From positions 21,942,950 through 22,006,949 of the forward strand of contig NC_134029.1 of NCBI RefSeq assembly GCF_964204645.1: a DNA stretch of 64,000 nucleotides, read 5' to 3'. Under the pieces are notes generated by a model, which searched no databases, was not told the DNA's origin, and worked only from the letters and a program-made list of their open reading frames with translations. Origin of the DNA: Tubulanus polymorphus (taxonomy: Eukaryota; Animalia; Nemertea). Both the position numbers and the translations under genes were made by a program. Positions 26,801 through 40,729 of the stretch are shown in pieces. Numbering within the stretch: position 1 is the stretch's first letter; each line of letters opens with the position of its first letter.

Positions 26801-29800
26801 GCGATCGGTTTTAATAACTTTGTCTTAGTAGTTCGTCGTCGATTGTCGAAACGATTGTCGTTTTGTTGTTTTTTCGCCTGTTGCAAACAAGATGAAACGG
26901 CGAAGCTGTCGTATTGTGATTTTCGATCATTTTTTTATTCCGTACAGCTGAGATAACGACATTAGGCTATTAGTCATGTAACGAATCCCCGCGTTGACTT
27001 AAAGCGCGCACTCACAAATGCCTAATCCGTGAATACAATTCCGCATTACTTCATCTGCCATGGACCGGTAACTATTTCCTGAATACGGTCGTCGCTTGTT
27101 TTTACTCGTAGATGAAATTCCATTCAGCGATTGCGATCTCTCGAGAGATGGCTTTTAGTCTGGAAAAGAAGGAAGAAAGACGATCTTTAAAACGAAGTGT
27201 CCATCAGACAGCTGATCAGCTGTAATGATCGGTAGAAGTGTTTACAACTCGATTCAGTTTGCTATCGCATGTCAGTCCGATAAAACTTACTGCCTAATCT
27301 CCTACGTAAGATATGTGTTCAATTTTAGTTTTTTTTTTAAATTTTTAAAATGAGGCAATAAAACCGTGGACTTTCGAAGTTGTAAGATCTCGGGTGGTAT
27401 TTTTGATAAGGTTTTGAATAGACAACTTTTTAATCAAAATATTTTGCATGTTACAAAGTATATCAGTACTCAGAAGTGAGGTAGTTCTTTATAGTGGCAG
27501 TGTAATTTTACCGCGGTCTTTCAATCCAGAAAAAAATATTCTCCCCTAGTTGAGGTATTGCGCAAATCTTCACTGACCAACAGGTCATAAAATCTCTGAA
27601 GTGATTTTAATGTATTTTTCACACTTCCAGATTCTACTTTTCGCCAAATTATCCCTCATTTGTCGGCCGAACGCGATGTAATCAGGCCGGGTATGCGAGG
27701 GAAATTTGATTTGTTCATCAGACGCCCGTTATTGATCCCCCTGAAGGTTTGACATGACAAATATGATTAGGACATTGTATTACAGATGTAACTGATGATG
27801 CAATCCGACCACGGACTGACTGGAGTCCGCGCTCTCCTACCTGCCAGTGAAGAGAATAGTTTTCTCGCGATCATTATATTCAATGGCCTAATAGCAATTC
27901 AAGGTTCCCCCAGTAGCCCTATTTATCCTGCGTAAGCCGGAAGAATTTCTGGCAACTATGAGCCAAGAGAGTAAAACATGATTGGCTGAAGCGGTACGAG
28001 ACACGGTTAGTGGCACCTCGGAGAGAGATTTAAACTATTCAAACAGCCGATACGTAGAACAGTTGTACGCGACGGCGAAAACTCGTAAAAGATTATTTTG
28101 AAGCCGTTAAAAAGTCGGCGATCGCGAGACAGAACGTAGCAGTCAAGATAAAGATTGGTTTTAGTAATTGGAAATATTAATTAGACGAGATTATCTGACG
28201 TTTTCACAATCTTGTTTCAGCCATGACCTACTCAACAATTTTTGCTTTATTAATTGGAGTCATTATAAAATCAATTTACACTGCGCAGCAATTATGGAAT
28301 TATCTATTTAATCGTGTAGGTTGGCACAGCAGCACTTTCCCGGCAATTCTACAAATTCAATTATCGAATGCCTTTAAATGATCAATTAGGTGTTCACGTA
28401 AGTTTATTTATAACCAGTCTGTGTGGAAACTGATAAAGATTCACTCAGATATTGAATAACAAAAGTTTATTTCAATTTCCATCAATCTGAATTCCTCAGT
28501 TAAGGTTAGATTTCGCCTCTGAAATGTCCAAATTGTGCATATTGACAAATTTGCCCCAGGTCAAACTATTGAACCAGGCCCGAGTCAAATTTGGTCGGCA
28601 CCTAACTAGAGAGCGCATTCACACGCAAACCACTCTCACCAATTACTAAAATGGTACATCAAAATAATGCTGCTGTGGGCAAGTGATTTTTGATTTTCTA
28701 GAACCAGTAAGCATTCGCAAAGAATAATTTGACCTCTTTCAAAATATGGCGCAGGCCTAATCAGAAGATTCTTAATGGGCCATCATTGATCTATCAAGCA
28801 GGTACATCAGGGGGGCCTTGAGCATGTGTGAATCATTGGTGCAGGTCTCGCCCAGTGTAGGCTAAATTTGGCCGAGGTTAAAACCCTCTTTGAAATAGGT
28901 AGATTTATTCTCGTGCTCTATGCATCATTTCAAAAAGAGTGGATGAGGAAGGTGCCAGAGAAGCCCGGATACTGAATGCAATGCTTAGTTCATTAATAAC
29001 GTGTTTGTTGTATTCTGTTGTCGCTATATATATACGGCTATGCGGATAAAATTCGTCCCGCGAGATGCATCCATTTCGCCCGTTTATAATCATAAAGAAA
29101 TATGTATAGGATGAGTAAAAGTGACTGCTGCGTGACTGGAATTCGTCCGCAGGGTGCTGCAGTATCGCATCATTAAACGAACACTGCATACGAATTGATG
29201 TCGAAATATGCCGAAATATGCGTGAAAATGCCGTTAACGTCTAAACTTTAATACCGCATTTCATTAACACCCTGACTTTCATCTTTTAAAATGCTCTTAC
29301 AGCAATTTTTTTTTCGTTACCTAATTCCCCTGAGTGTTTATGATTTCCTTTAGTGATTAAATCGCATATATTCTATAAGAAATTTACTAAAAATCCAGTA
29401 AGCCGTATAACCGAACTACCTCTACCTCTGGTGTAATCATACCGCATTGCGATATAATTAATGCGATATAGTTAAAAATTGCGACCGTTCGATATTAAAA
29501 TTCTCATCTATAAAACTTATATCGCACCTGATATACTGCATCGATAAAACACCCGCGACGAGCTCACCGGTAACATATCATGAAATTGTAATGAGCTTTG
29601 ATAATACAAAGCACGCTCGTTAATTAAAATGTGCTAATACGAGAAAAATTAAGCTCGCGGGTTAATGTGGCGAACCTTTTTAATTTCTATGAATGAATGC
29701 TACGCGTGGTCGGATGACATTTTTCTGGACTCTTTAAAATTCTTCGAAGAATTTCGTTTCATATGTCGTAGTTTTGCTGTGTAAACGACTGGCATGCACG

Positions 29801-32800
29801 ATGTCGTCGTCGTCGTCGTCGGACCTGCGTCGTTTGCGTGTTAATAATTGTCTCGGCGAATGATTCAACATGAAAACATACGACGCGACGAAAACCTCCG
29901 TATCGTATCGCCTGCTGGAAAGCATTTATTTTTCGCGAATAATTAAAACGCTATTTTCTTAAGATCGAAATGATTAATCGAAATGTCGTTTGCGTAGATT
30001 TTTTTTCGTTCTCGAATCGATACGACGTTAGCGTCCTGAATTAAGTACAAATTGTTATTATCATAGATTAATGGGTCGGCATCGGCGCGAACTTTTACAG
30101 CTTTTTGGCAAAAATTGGGTACAAAATATTTAAGGTGTCTCCAAAAATGATGAAATTCTTGTGTTGGTTCAACTCATGGTAGTTCATCAGCCACTCATGG
30201 CTTATCATTGCATCAAGCAAATGTATAGGTGAACCAATTGTGACAGTAGCAGAGCGGTCCAAAAGAAGATGCCCAAAAGAAAAAGAACGATTAGGATAAC
30301 AACTTCGGTATCAAATCATAAGCTAGTTAATTGCACAATCGGCAACAATTAAATCCGTGTTCATGAAATAGATGACGCACACACTGAAAGTTTCGTGAAT
30401 ATTAAAATCCGTAAGTAAGAAAATACTCAAAAAACTTTGTGAAAATAAAAGGGAAGAGAAAGAGATTGAAAGAAAAACGAAAATGGGAGGGGAAAAGACT
30501 TCCCACATACGTCTGCTCCGAGAAAGTTCTAATAATGGTGTACAAAATAAAACCTCTACGCGTCGGCCGAATAAAAAAATGCATCCCAGAGGTGGATATT
30601 CCGAATTGATAGGACCCCGCGCCTCCAGGAATCTTACCAGAAACCTGTGATCCTAGTCACGTAGGCAAAATGCTGCAGTAACCCAGAATGAGCAGCAACC
30701 AGGACATCTCTGTTTTAAATATGCAATTTAACTACCGAATTCTTCGAAATTAAATTCGACGCCGGCTTTGTTAAAAACAAACGAAATACTTTATCCTGTG
30801 CCCATGTTACACAACATTAACCTTCAAGGAATAATTAAGGTTATTGTTAATGAATTAGTAATCTTCAAACTTGGATAACACATCTACGGACTGTATATCA
30901 TCTTGAAAAAAAGTAAGCATATGTTGCTTCTTGACTTTCGACATCTACATTGTGCTTACTATCTCATTCTCTTACCGCTCAATAGAGCTTAATGGACTAA
31001 TATTAAAAAAAGCCTGTTTGATGAAAGTTTCATCTGTCATTTAGTCGGGTTAAGATGGATGAATTTATCATGAGATCTGAGATAGGAAATGCATGTTTAT
31101 GCGTTTGCCGCCATCTGGCGCATATACGACTTCCTCTCAAGGGAAAGTGCCGGTCATAATTTGCCTTGTTCCACACGTCACCTGCTGATGACACTTCTAC
31201 CTGCAAAGCATTTTTGCTCTCATTTACCGTCGGTTATTTTGAGATGATACCATCGAGTTGGTCTGATCGAAATTCCCTGCGTATGTCTGGGAAGTTGATG
31301 GAACAGGGCTGTAGCGTGCAGGGCGGGGGTTGAATGAAATATGAATCGTAACACTTACACCTGGCAATATACCAGTAATACAGGTGTATTAAATTTGTAC
31401 ATTAGTGCGCCTCGGTGCAAATCACTTACAGGACATTGATTTGAGGCTTAAGATTTTCAAAATTTCTTCGGGGGAGGGCACCCACACCCTTGAACAGTTT
31501 CGACCAAGTCAAAAATGAACCCACCCACATTTATCACGCTGCAGGCGCGTGGAAGGCGCTTCAGTTTTTTTCGATTTTTTGAGAGGACACAAAAACTTGT
31601 AAATCGTAGCCATTTGTCAATGAGATATTCATGATTCTTAGTTGAAGCTTTTCATAAGGATCGAAATGATGAAAGCATGATTACCGATAAGCAATGTCTT
31701 CAGATTATTCTACCAATACAGTTTAGGAATAGATTTAGCTGGATTGAATGTCGTTGAATCAATTGTCACAGTTCCAGCTGTGATCGATAATTAGTTCGAT
31801 CTTGTTAGATAGTGTCATTACAGGATAATACCCTCATCAGGCTTAACTGTTAATTTTGAATCGTAGTTAGACGACGAGCACGAGACAGCGCGAGACAGCG
31901 TTAGTCTCCGGTCTGTTATTTTAAGATTATGTCGTCGCAGGACCTCCTCACCGATTAATACGATGATGATCCCCTTTTTCGGAGAAAGTTTAACTACTCG
32001 ACCTTTCTTAATGATGTTTTTTGCATCATGTACACTCAATCAAGAGTGGCCGCTAACCTGGAAATCGGGGATAAGCCAGGGAAATTTTATTTCTTTGAAA
32101 GTCACGGAATAGCCTGGGAATTTTGCAAAAATTCTAAGAATCGGAGGGAAAGTCAGGCACCCTGACCACGAATCTGGAAAACACAGGGAAATGATTTTTC
32201 TCAGGGAAAACACAGGGAAATTACTTTTGTCTCGCACGCACGTTTTCACCGCGAATGTTTACAATTGTCTACCTGATTATATATCAAGGATCATATGGTA
32301 AGTAATACAAAGTTATAGCGCCACTTTCTAACAAATTTATAAAATCACAGCGGAGTTATATCAGACGATAGGCTGCTTGTCTTTAATTTTATATTTGTCA
32401 TGGTCTCCATATGACGCCCAGCACAGGGAAAACAACTTTTCACAGGGAAAACACAGGGAATTTGCAAGTGGGTGGTTTGTGGTCACCCTGTCAGGGAAAT
32501 TAGTTAAAATTGCTAGATCATGCGTAGAATCAAACAGTTTCAGTCTATGTCTTATACATTTGACTGCGTTAATTGATAGGATTTTGGCAGATCAAGTAAA
32601 AAAGCTAAGTGTCAGAGAATAGTCGGGGAAAACGCAAGTCTAAAGAGGTCGCCCTATCATTTTTCAGGTCTTCAAACGACTGAATTAATTGACATTGTTT
32701 CGTATTACTCGAGAAAGTTACACATATTCGATTAAGTCGCATCGGGACGGAGGCCATTTTTATTGACCTATTCGGAATAATAAACGTATACAGTTTGCTC

Positions 32801-33468
32801 TTATTCGGGCAATAAAACGAGAATTAGATTACCTTAGGTCGATAAAGATCGTCTATTATTGGCCTTCACATTTGCCCCGGAAGCCAAATAATCCCGTACC
32901 AACGATAAGCGATGATGCCAATTTTTTTACCGCTATGTCTCGACTCACAACTTAACTTATGTCGTGCCATTTTTCTCATTGTTTCCTTCGTTGCGCCAGT
33001 TTCCTCCTAGCATTACCATAATTGCCGACCTAAATGGATACGCCGATGGATATTCCTTACAAATTACCCGACTGTCTCTAACATTAACATTATCGGTTTT
33101 GAAGAATTCAATAGATTTTTCGTCGCGATATTTGATAAGCTGTCATTTTACTGTCAGTACTACCTGACTGTACGCATATACCAGTACGAGTACTATATTC
33201 GAGTACGACTATTCGGTACGTGGCGGTTTAGTTCAATTTTCTGGTATAGACGATCTGAAATTCTAGTCATGAAGGAAGCGCAATTGGCGGCGTTATTCAC
33301 GGCGTTAACTGTTTAGATGGCGGCGATAGTAAAGCTACGGTAGAAAATCTGCTCATTCCACAAGAGCATTAACTGCGCTTTAACCCTGTTACATCCTCAA
33401 AGCAAATCGCAATATTTGAAGTCTTTTCTTCTAGAGAATTCGCTGCCGATATCAAACTTAATGTAAAA

Positions 33469-33500
<32 letters not shown>

Positions 33501-36500
33501 GTTTTATTTCAGACATATGTCCATATAACAAATCTTTTTTTACAAAAATATTATAATGATAAATATACAAAATACATAGCACTGTTTTCATCTAATGATA
33601 TTTCACCGAGCCGATCAATTTACTTTATGATGCGTGTTATTTTAGTGGTCCTCGTAGAGAGATATTGTTAATTGCTACAGAATCCCAGCGGGCTTAAATT
33701 CTAACGCGTTTTGATTATCCGTTTCAGATATTTTATTTTCGTTCTTATCCGAGGAATCAGCGGTTACTTCTGTGAGGATTTATTGCCCTTTTCCGATTAA
33801 CCGTGGTTCAGTTTTCCCATGCCGTCAAAACCGTTACAATAATGTTTATATATTGATAACTACTATGCATTATGTAAGGGGTTTCTGTGTGAGTCGATGT
33901 GCACTACCGCATCATCGATATTGGCATTTGAAAATAACAATCACAACTGTGAACATCGGCATTTATTTTTTGATTAAAAGAATTTCATGACCCTTACTTT
34001 CGATTTGCTGAATTTTCATTTGATGAATTTCCGTGTCTTGGAATAAGGAATTTGTATGATTGGATGTGCACTACGTCATCTATATCGGGGCTAGACTGGT
34101 TGCCGGTCAATTCAATTTACTTGTCGATATATTCTTTATTGATGCTTTATATTGTATCATATATGTTATTTTTCAAGTTGTCGATAAACTTTCATGTTAT
34201 ATTGTAGGGTACATGGCCACTTAATCAGCTAGTTATAGAATCCGAATATGTTACCAACAGAAATTGTGTAAATTATTGTCACAAATACGACTTTGTTTCA
34301 TTCATGTTCATCTTTATCCTTATCTAATTGTCCATACTTGGTAAATACATACTTCTGTTACTATTGTTACTGTTAGTATTGTGTAGTTTGCATAGCATCT
34401 TGTATTTGCATTACGGTGAATGTTATCGTGACATTGTTTCTTGTATTGGAGCTCCGATACTTGCTCGAATAGACAGTAATTTACATTATACATGGCTGTT
34501 TAAACGGCTAAATGACAATCGATTTTCTGAGTAAAAAAAATCTGAACTATTCCTATTATGATGTGTGAAGTTACGTAGGACACTTAATCCTGGAATCGAG
34601 TATCGTCTGTTCATAGGAGCAGTTGTTCAGTTATTCGCTGTACCGATTCATGGCTTCTTCTTCCCCGATGAAACTTGTCGGAATAATTAACTAATGATAG
34701 CGAGTTTACCTAACATTTAATCCTCGGGATTCTTATCATTTCGATGAAAGCCGATCTTAAACTAATTTCATGTCGGCAGCAGATGATTAAACAGTGCACT
34801 TATCAGTGTTATCTAACGCGATGAAATGAGCGAAGAATTGATTCTGACGAAGTTGAAATCGAATTTCTCCGAGTCTAGTCAGTAGCATGTACGCTATGTA
34901 AGCAATTCGGCATCGTGACTTTACTTCAAAATGAATAAATAATTTAATTCGATTAAATGAAATTTAATTATCAGGAAGAAGTTGCCCGTATTGCTAATCG
35001 GGTTTTATGCGAGCGAGGTCGATATCGGATGTTTAGAAGTATTTGCATGTCGCAAAACGAGCTTGCGTTACCAGTTTGTATGCAAAATGAAAATTGAATC
35101 GGCAATCTTTGAACGAGGTCCTTTTTCGCACATTAGTTCCTATTCTATCCATCGAAGGTATATATTATGACTAGAAACAAGTGATAACTTCAATTCGAAA
35201 TTTTTCGCTTACAGAAAGTGACAGATTTCAATTTTCCACCAGTAGCGAGCAACTAGATATTTTTTCATAAAAAACTTTGTGAAGAATTTTTCTTACCTGA
35301 AAAATATGCGAAAAAAATTTTAAGTCCAGTCGTATTCCGGTAGTAAGAGGTGGTGCTGAAACCAGTCGTTTCAGTGTTATAGCGCGTCTCCTTAACAGCA
35401 CTTCGGGTTCACGTGTGCAAGCCAGTTGTAAGTATCATTAATTGGCCAATCATTGCGTTGTGGGTGTGCGCGAGTGAAAGGAATGACAAGAACGTCTTTA
35501 TTCGTCGCTGCCGCTGCTGCTGCTGCTCCGCCAAAACCTTGTCGCCATTTCGAATCCATTCGACCATCAAACATTTCGTGCTGTTACTCGCGACGAAGAT
35601 TTTGCAATTTTTTTTTTTAAATGAAGATTCATTCAGCTCAGCAGCTCAAACAGCGGTACGTCGTTATCTGTTTTACGTGTACCGATAAAGCGTCTTCGTA
35701 TGCTTACCATCCCTTGCCCCTTATTATGCGTCGCCCGGCTAAAAATTAGGCAAATACAGCAAATGTCATCTAGGACGTCATTAGTTCTGTGATGGGAAAA
35801 TAGATGCGATTTAAATCGCTGTCTTGGCATCGTGTAGAATATTCTGGCTAAATGATGTATTCGGATATGATATTTGGGCAATGATTTCGGGTTTTGTAGG
35901 GACGTATCGATAATTTTAGTGACGGGGAATATATTTGCGAATGCGCCCCGGTGCACTACCTGTAAGTATTGGTTTTTGTGTGTAGGATAAAGTTCATCGA
36001 TCATTCGGTGAAAAGCTTCGTTTTAGCGTGCTGCGCGCGTTGGGTATTTTTAGGACACCGCAAAGTCAACTTTAATGCAAGTATAATAGACTTAGCGTTA
36101 GTATCTTGACTTTACGTCGATCGTTATTGTAAGGTCTAGATTAGACCATACATGCCTTGAAGAGTGTAAATATACCAAAAAAAATATTGATAAAGCCGGT
36201 ACATTTCAATTTTGTTATAAACAAATATTTTGTGGTTTGTAGTATATACACCTCAATGCGAAGCCCATGAAATTTGGAAAATTGTAGTTTCCCAGTCATT
36301 CGTTAAACTTCTGGGCCCGGTTTCATAGACTGAGTATCAAAGTTATCCCTAGGGGTAAATCCTTAATCTGGGTGACAACCACCATAGTTACAATGAGAAA
36401 CCATGGTTATAACTGACAAATTTTAAAATGTTCCTAGGGACTATTTTTCTTCCACATCTATGAAACCCAGCCCTGGTATTCGGAGTGCTGTGTATGCGCT

Positions 36501-39500
36501 TGCCGGAGGCGAAATATGATGAAATTTGATGAGAATGACCTTCAGATATACGACCGGGGTATCTAAATTCTCCATAAACTAGATTTCATGCATCACTTTG
36601 AAGTTTGTGTCGCTGAACGCAAACGTCGGTTAATGGCAAGATCGAACGTAATGATGAGATTACTGTATACAGCGTATACAAACATACTTTGCGCGGCGAA
36701 ATTTGAAAATTTGATCGCGAGTAAATTTGTAATGATCGCCGATCACCTCGGTACGGTCTCGCTGATTAATTAGAATCCAGCGACGTCGCGGAGATTTATC
36801 TAACTAGTCACGCTGCTGACATGTCTATGTTGACTAAGCTAATAACAAAATGATTGTTGATTTGTTTGTAGAACCATGAACGCTGGGTGTGACAACTAAT
36901 GAATGTTGAAACTTCCGTTATTAAATGTCCCGTCATAAAACTTATTAGTATTTGCAGATTAGAACAGAACACTTTCCTACTTTCCTTTTAGCCTCGATGT
37001 TTGAGTGAATCCATTTTGTTTTGGATAATTTCTAATTTTCGTCTATTGCGTTTCAGGTTTACAACGTTGTATGATCCTGAATTTTCGGTTTCGATTTAAT
37101 TTCAGTTGTACGCCGATTTACAGTCGCTGCTGAAGAAGTATCCGGACCTGATCGAAGAATTCGCCGGGTTTCTGCTGCCCGAACAGGCCCAGGAGTGCGG
37201 CTGTTATTCGACCAATCAACAATTCAGTCAAGCTCGTAGTTTTTTACGGAAACTTGAGGTGCGTATCGCAGGACTGCCAACTGTTACTGATTTTCAGTAT
37301 TTTGTTACTATTTTGCCGCGAGAAATACTGATTTGCTTTGTTTGATGTGTACAGAAATGTGTAAGATATCACTGAGGTCTAACCATTGATTGCTGAATAA
37401 TTTGATCATCTTACTGATAACGCTTATCAGAAGTTGACAGCCCTGGTATCATGACGATGAATTTTTTTGATAAGGGAATGAAAAAACATTCGTCCCTGAA
37501 GGGTATGCGTAACAATATGCCTAAGTGCTTGTTCTACATTACTATCTAGTTAGAGTTGGTTAGGTTTTCAACCTACTTACTCGCATCACATAGATCCTCA
37601 GGGATTTGTTTATCTCAAACAATTCAAGGTTACGCTGTTCTCAGTGATCCGCCAACTCAATTATGTATCAAGGAAAGAAACTAAGGATAAGAAAACAGTT
37701 AACTTTTATTAGCATCGGTTCACCATATTGGCATCAAGAGAAACCATCATTTGGAGACTTCTTATTCAATCGGTGTGTACCTTTCCTCTGGAGGCATTAT
37801 TAGAACGATGCAGCCTGTAATTTTTGATGGCTTTTCCTGAAACTTGATGTGAACATTGGAGATGGTGAGATGTTCACTCATTTTTTTAATGGATGTCGAA
37901 CCAGCACGATTTAGCTAGTGATTCGTGATGGATTTGCGTGAAACTTGGTCTAAGAGTTGAGACTGGTTTATCTATTCTGGACTTGAACCAATAACTGCTG
38001 TTAGAACAATAACCACACTCAAACGTGGTGAACGGATAATAAGATAAAAACCCACTAACTACAGATTAAAAGAATTAAAAGCAAGAATTTATTTATTCAA
38101 TCTAAAATATAAATAAGTCTTATTTATATTTTAGATTGAATAAATAAATTCTTGCTTTTAATTCTTTTAATCTGTAGATAGTGGGTTTTTATCTTAATAA
38201 CTGCTGTTTTCTATGCAGTGTGCAATATGTTACCTGACTTCAATTTCTTGTCCTTTGCTATTTGCTTACCCCGGGGACATATACTCGGCATTGCAATATT
38301 CTAGTTATATTTTGCGGAAATTCTTCATTTCTGAATTGGTGATCGTTTAACCTATAACCTACCTTTGATGTTTTTTTAAGACATACATTACGCTTCAAAT
38401 CAAAACTGAAGTCGCCGATATATTGGATAATCTTGCAATATTAGAGAAAATGGCTTAGAACTATTTACTCCTCAAAAATTTGTTACCCGCTGGCCATTCA
38501 CGTGAGGAATTTTTCATTTATCGCGAGGAAACTAACACCAGTATACAATCCGTTCAATATTTTGCCCCTCGGAAAAAATAAAGTCAGTCAATATCTCGAT
38601 GATTGCACTTTTTAGCATTTAAAAAGTTCATTTTCTGATCGATTCCTTTTTTCATGAGGTTGGCAATCCCGTATTGCAGGCCTCACAGCGACACTATATT
38701 TACTATGTACTATATTTTTTTCGACCTATCACTATATTTACTATATCAATATATTTACTATATTTTTGCAAATTTGTACTATATTTACTATATTTTTTTT
38801 TGGGGCGGGCACAAATCTAAAAAAACAGTTCCAAATCTGCTTCTGAGGTAACAATTCCTTGCTTTTACAGGTATATCATGTGGCTTGTATTTAACATCTT
38901 ACATTTTGTTTCTTTTCATGTGGTTGTGTGACTTTATTGTGAGATATTGCTATGCCGAGGTGACCACACCCGATACCCGTGCATCTCAACCATCTGCAGG
39001 ACCATAACCTATTAGTTGCACTGGTAATCACTTGTGTGGAACCTACTCAATACAGTCATACGCCACATTGGATGGTTGATATGAGACAGTGGAGTGGACA
39101 CAAAATCGGTTTGGCTAGTAGCATTATGCCTCCAATCATGCTGAATTGCTCTGATTTTCATTTGGCATCATTCTAAAAAGATACTATATTTTCTCTATAT
39201 TTTTCCACTGTATTTATATGTTTTTATATATATGTATGTTTTACTACTACTTTTTCAAATTCTGCTGTGAGGCCTGCGTATTGCTATCAGCCAGGACGAT
39301 AACCAGGAAAATTGCAGAAAACTGGGACTTATAAATGTCTATTGCAGTTACTAAAATCTCAGTTCCTTTCATAAATGAACTTGGTTGCTTTGTTCTGAGA
39401 ATTATGAATTTTAATTCAGTTTTTCCGTTGGGCAATGTTGTTGATATACAGCACTCAGTCGATTATGGAATTTGGAATTGTACAAGCACATTCGGATGAC

Positions 39501-40631
39501 TTCCTGATGTGTCAGGTCACGTATTACTTAAATCACCATATGTCAGCAAGCCCATACTAAAGTAACTTCCTCCAAGTTTTCTATATAAAGCTATCTAATC
39601 TAATCTAATATGCTCTAACGTTAGAAGTTTGTGTTTTACTTTGACCAGGTACGTAGTAGTGATTCCGCGGTGGATGCTGCTTGAGTTCGCGAAAATTGTT
39701 CTAATTGGCAGCTGCAGATTTTACGACTCATTGACAGCGTAATATAGCTTCCACCCGTCGTCGATATCGTCGTCGATATCGTCGTCCGTCGAGGGCTAGT
39801 TAATGTTGCGTTGGAATGATTCCAGTACGGTACTCATTTCAAGGTTTGCCTCGTCTAGCGTAGCCTAAAGGCTTGCGTAACGTAGCATGTTACATCGTGT
39901 AGTTTTCGTGTTGTCCGAACTTCATCAGAGATGAAAAACACGGCGCGTTCTCTCTCTCTCTCGCCCGGTGTTAATTGTAATTTCTCTTGACCGCTGCATT
40001 TGTAGTAGTGAACGAATCAGTATCGTGGTATCGTAATTCGCATGCTTGCTTGATTTCATCTTCACTCGCCGATCCCGATCCCGAATCTTTAAAAAGATTA
40101 TGTAAATGCCTAGATTTCAGTTTCGAGTCATTCATCGTTAATTTCTCTAGAGTTATTTATTACGAATCGGGCGCAATTTTCTAAAATCGTAATTTCGATA
40201 GTTTCGAGTAAAAGAAGATCATCAGTTTTACTCTTGAGGATGGATCGCATACTGAAGTTGTCGAGTTGATTGAGCGATTGAATTCCAGGTTTGTTCTAGG
40301 TTCTAGACCGTCGAGAGAAAATATCATCACTTTGTCGTAGTGATGCATCTAGATCTATGCAGATTTTGCCAAACCTGCCGTATATACACCAGCTATAGGG
40401 GATGGTTTTTATCGTCTATTTACCTGTGTGATACGGTATGGTTGTTGGTTTTTTCTTTATTTTCTGGTACTGGTAAACACTTGCCATGTCTGGGTTGGTT
40501 TCAGACAGACTTTAATTGGATAGGTGCAGTAGAACGAGCGTCGGTAAATCTGACGTAAGATCATTTTTTTTCAGCGACGCTTCTCCCTCATCTTCTTCGA
40601 GTCGAATGTCTTCGGCTATATATATATACAC

Positions 40632-40729
<98 letters not shown>

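Noticed and set aside
39895-39932. Hammerhead ribozyme core on the minus strand (CTGATGA...GAAA); similar at ~30185 and ~31835
   Set aside because: Stem II closing pair or the GAAA element is missing and no stems I/III were found.
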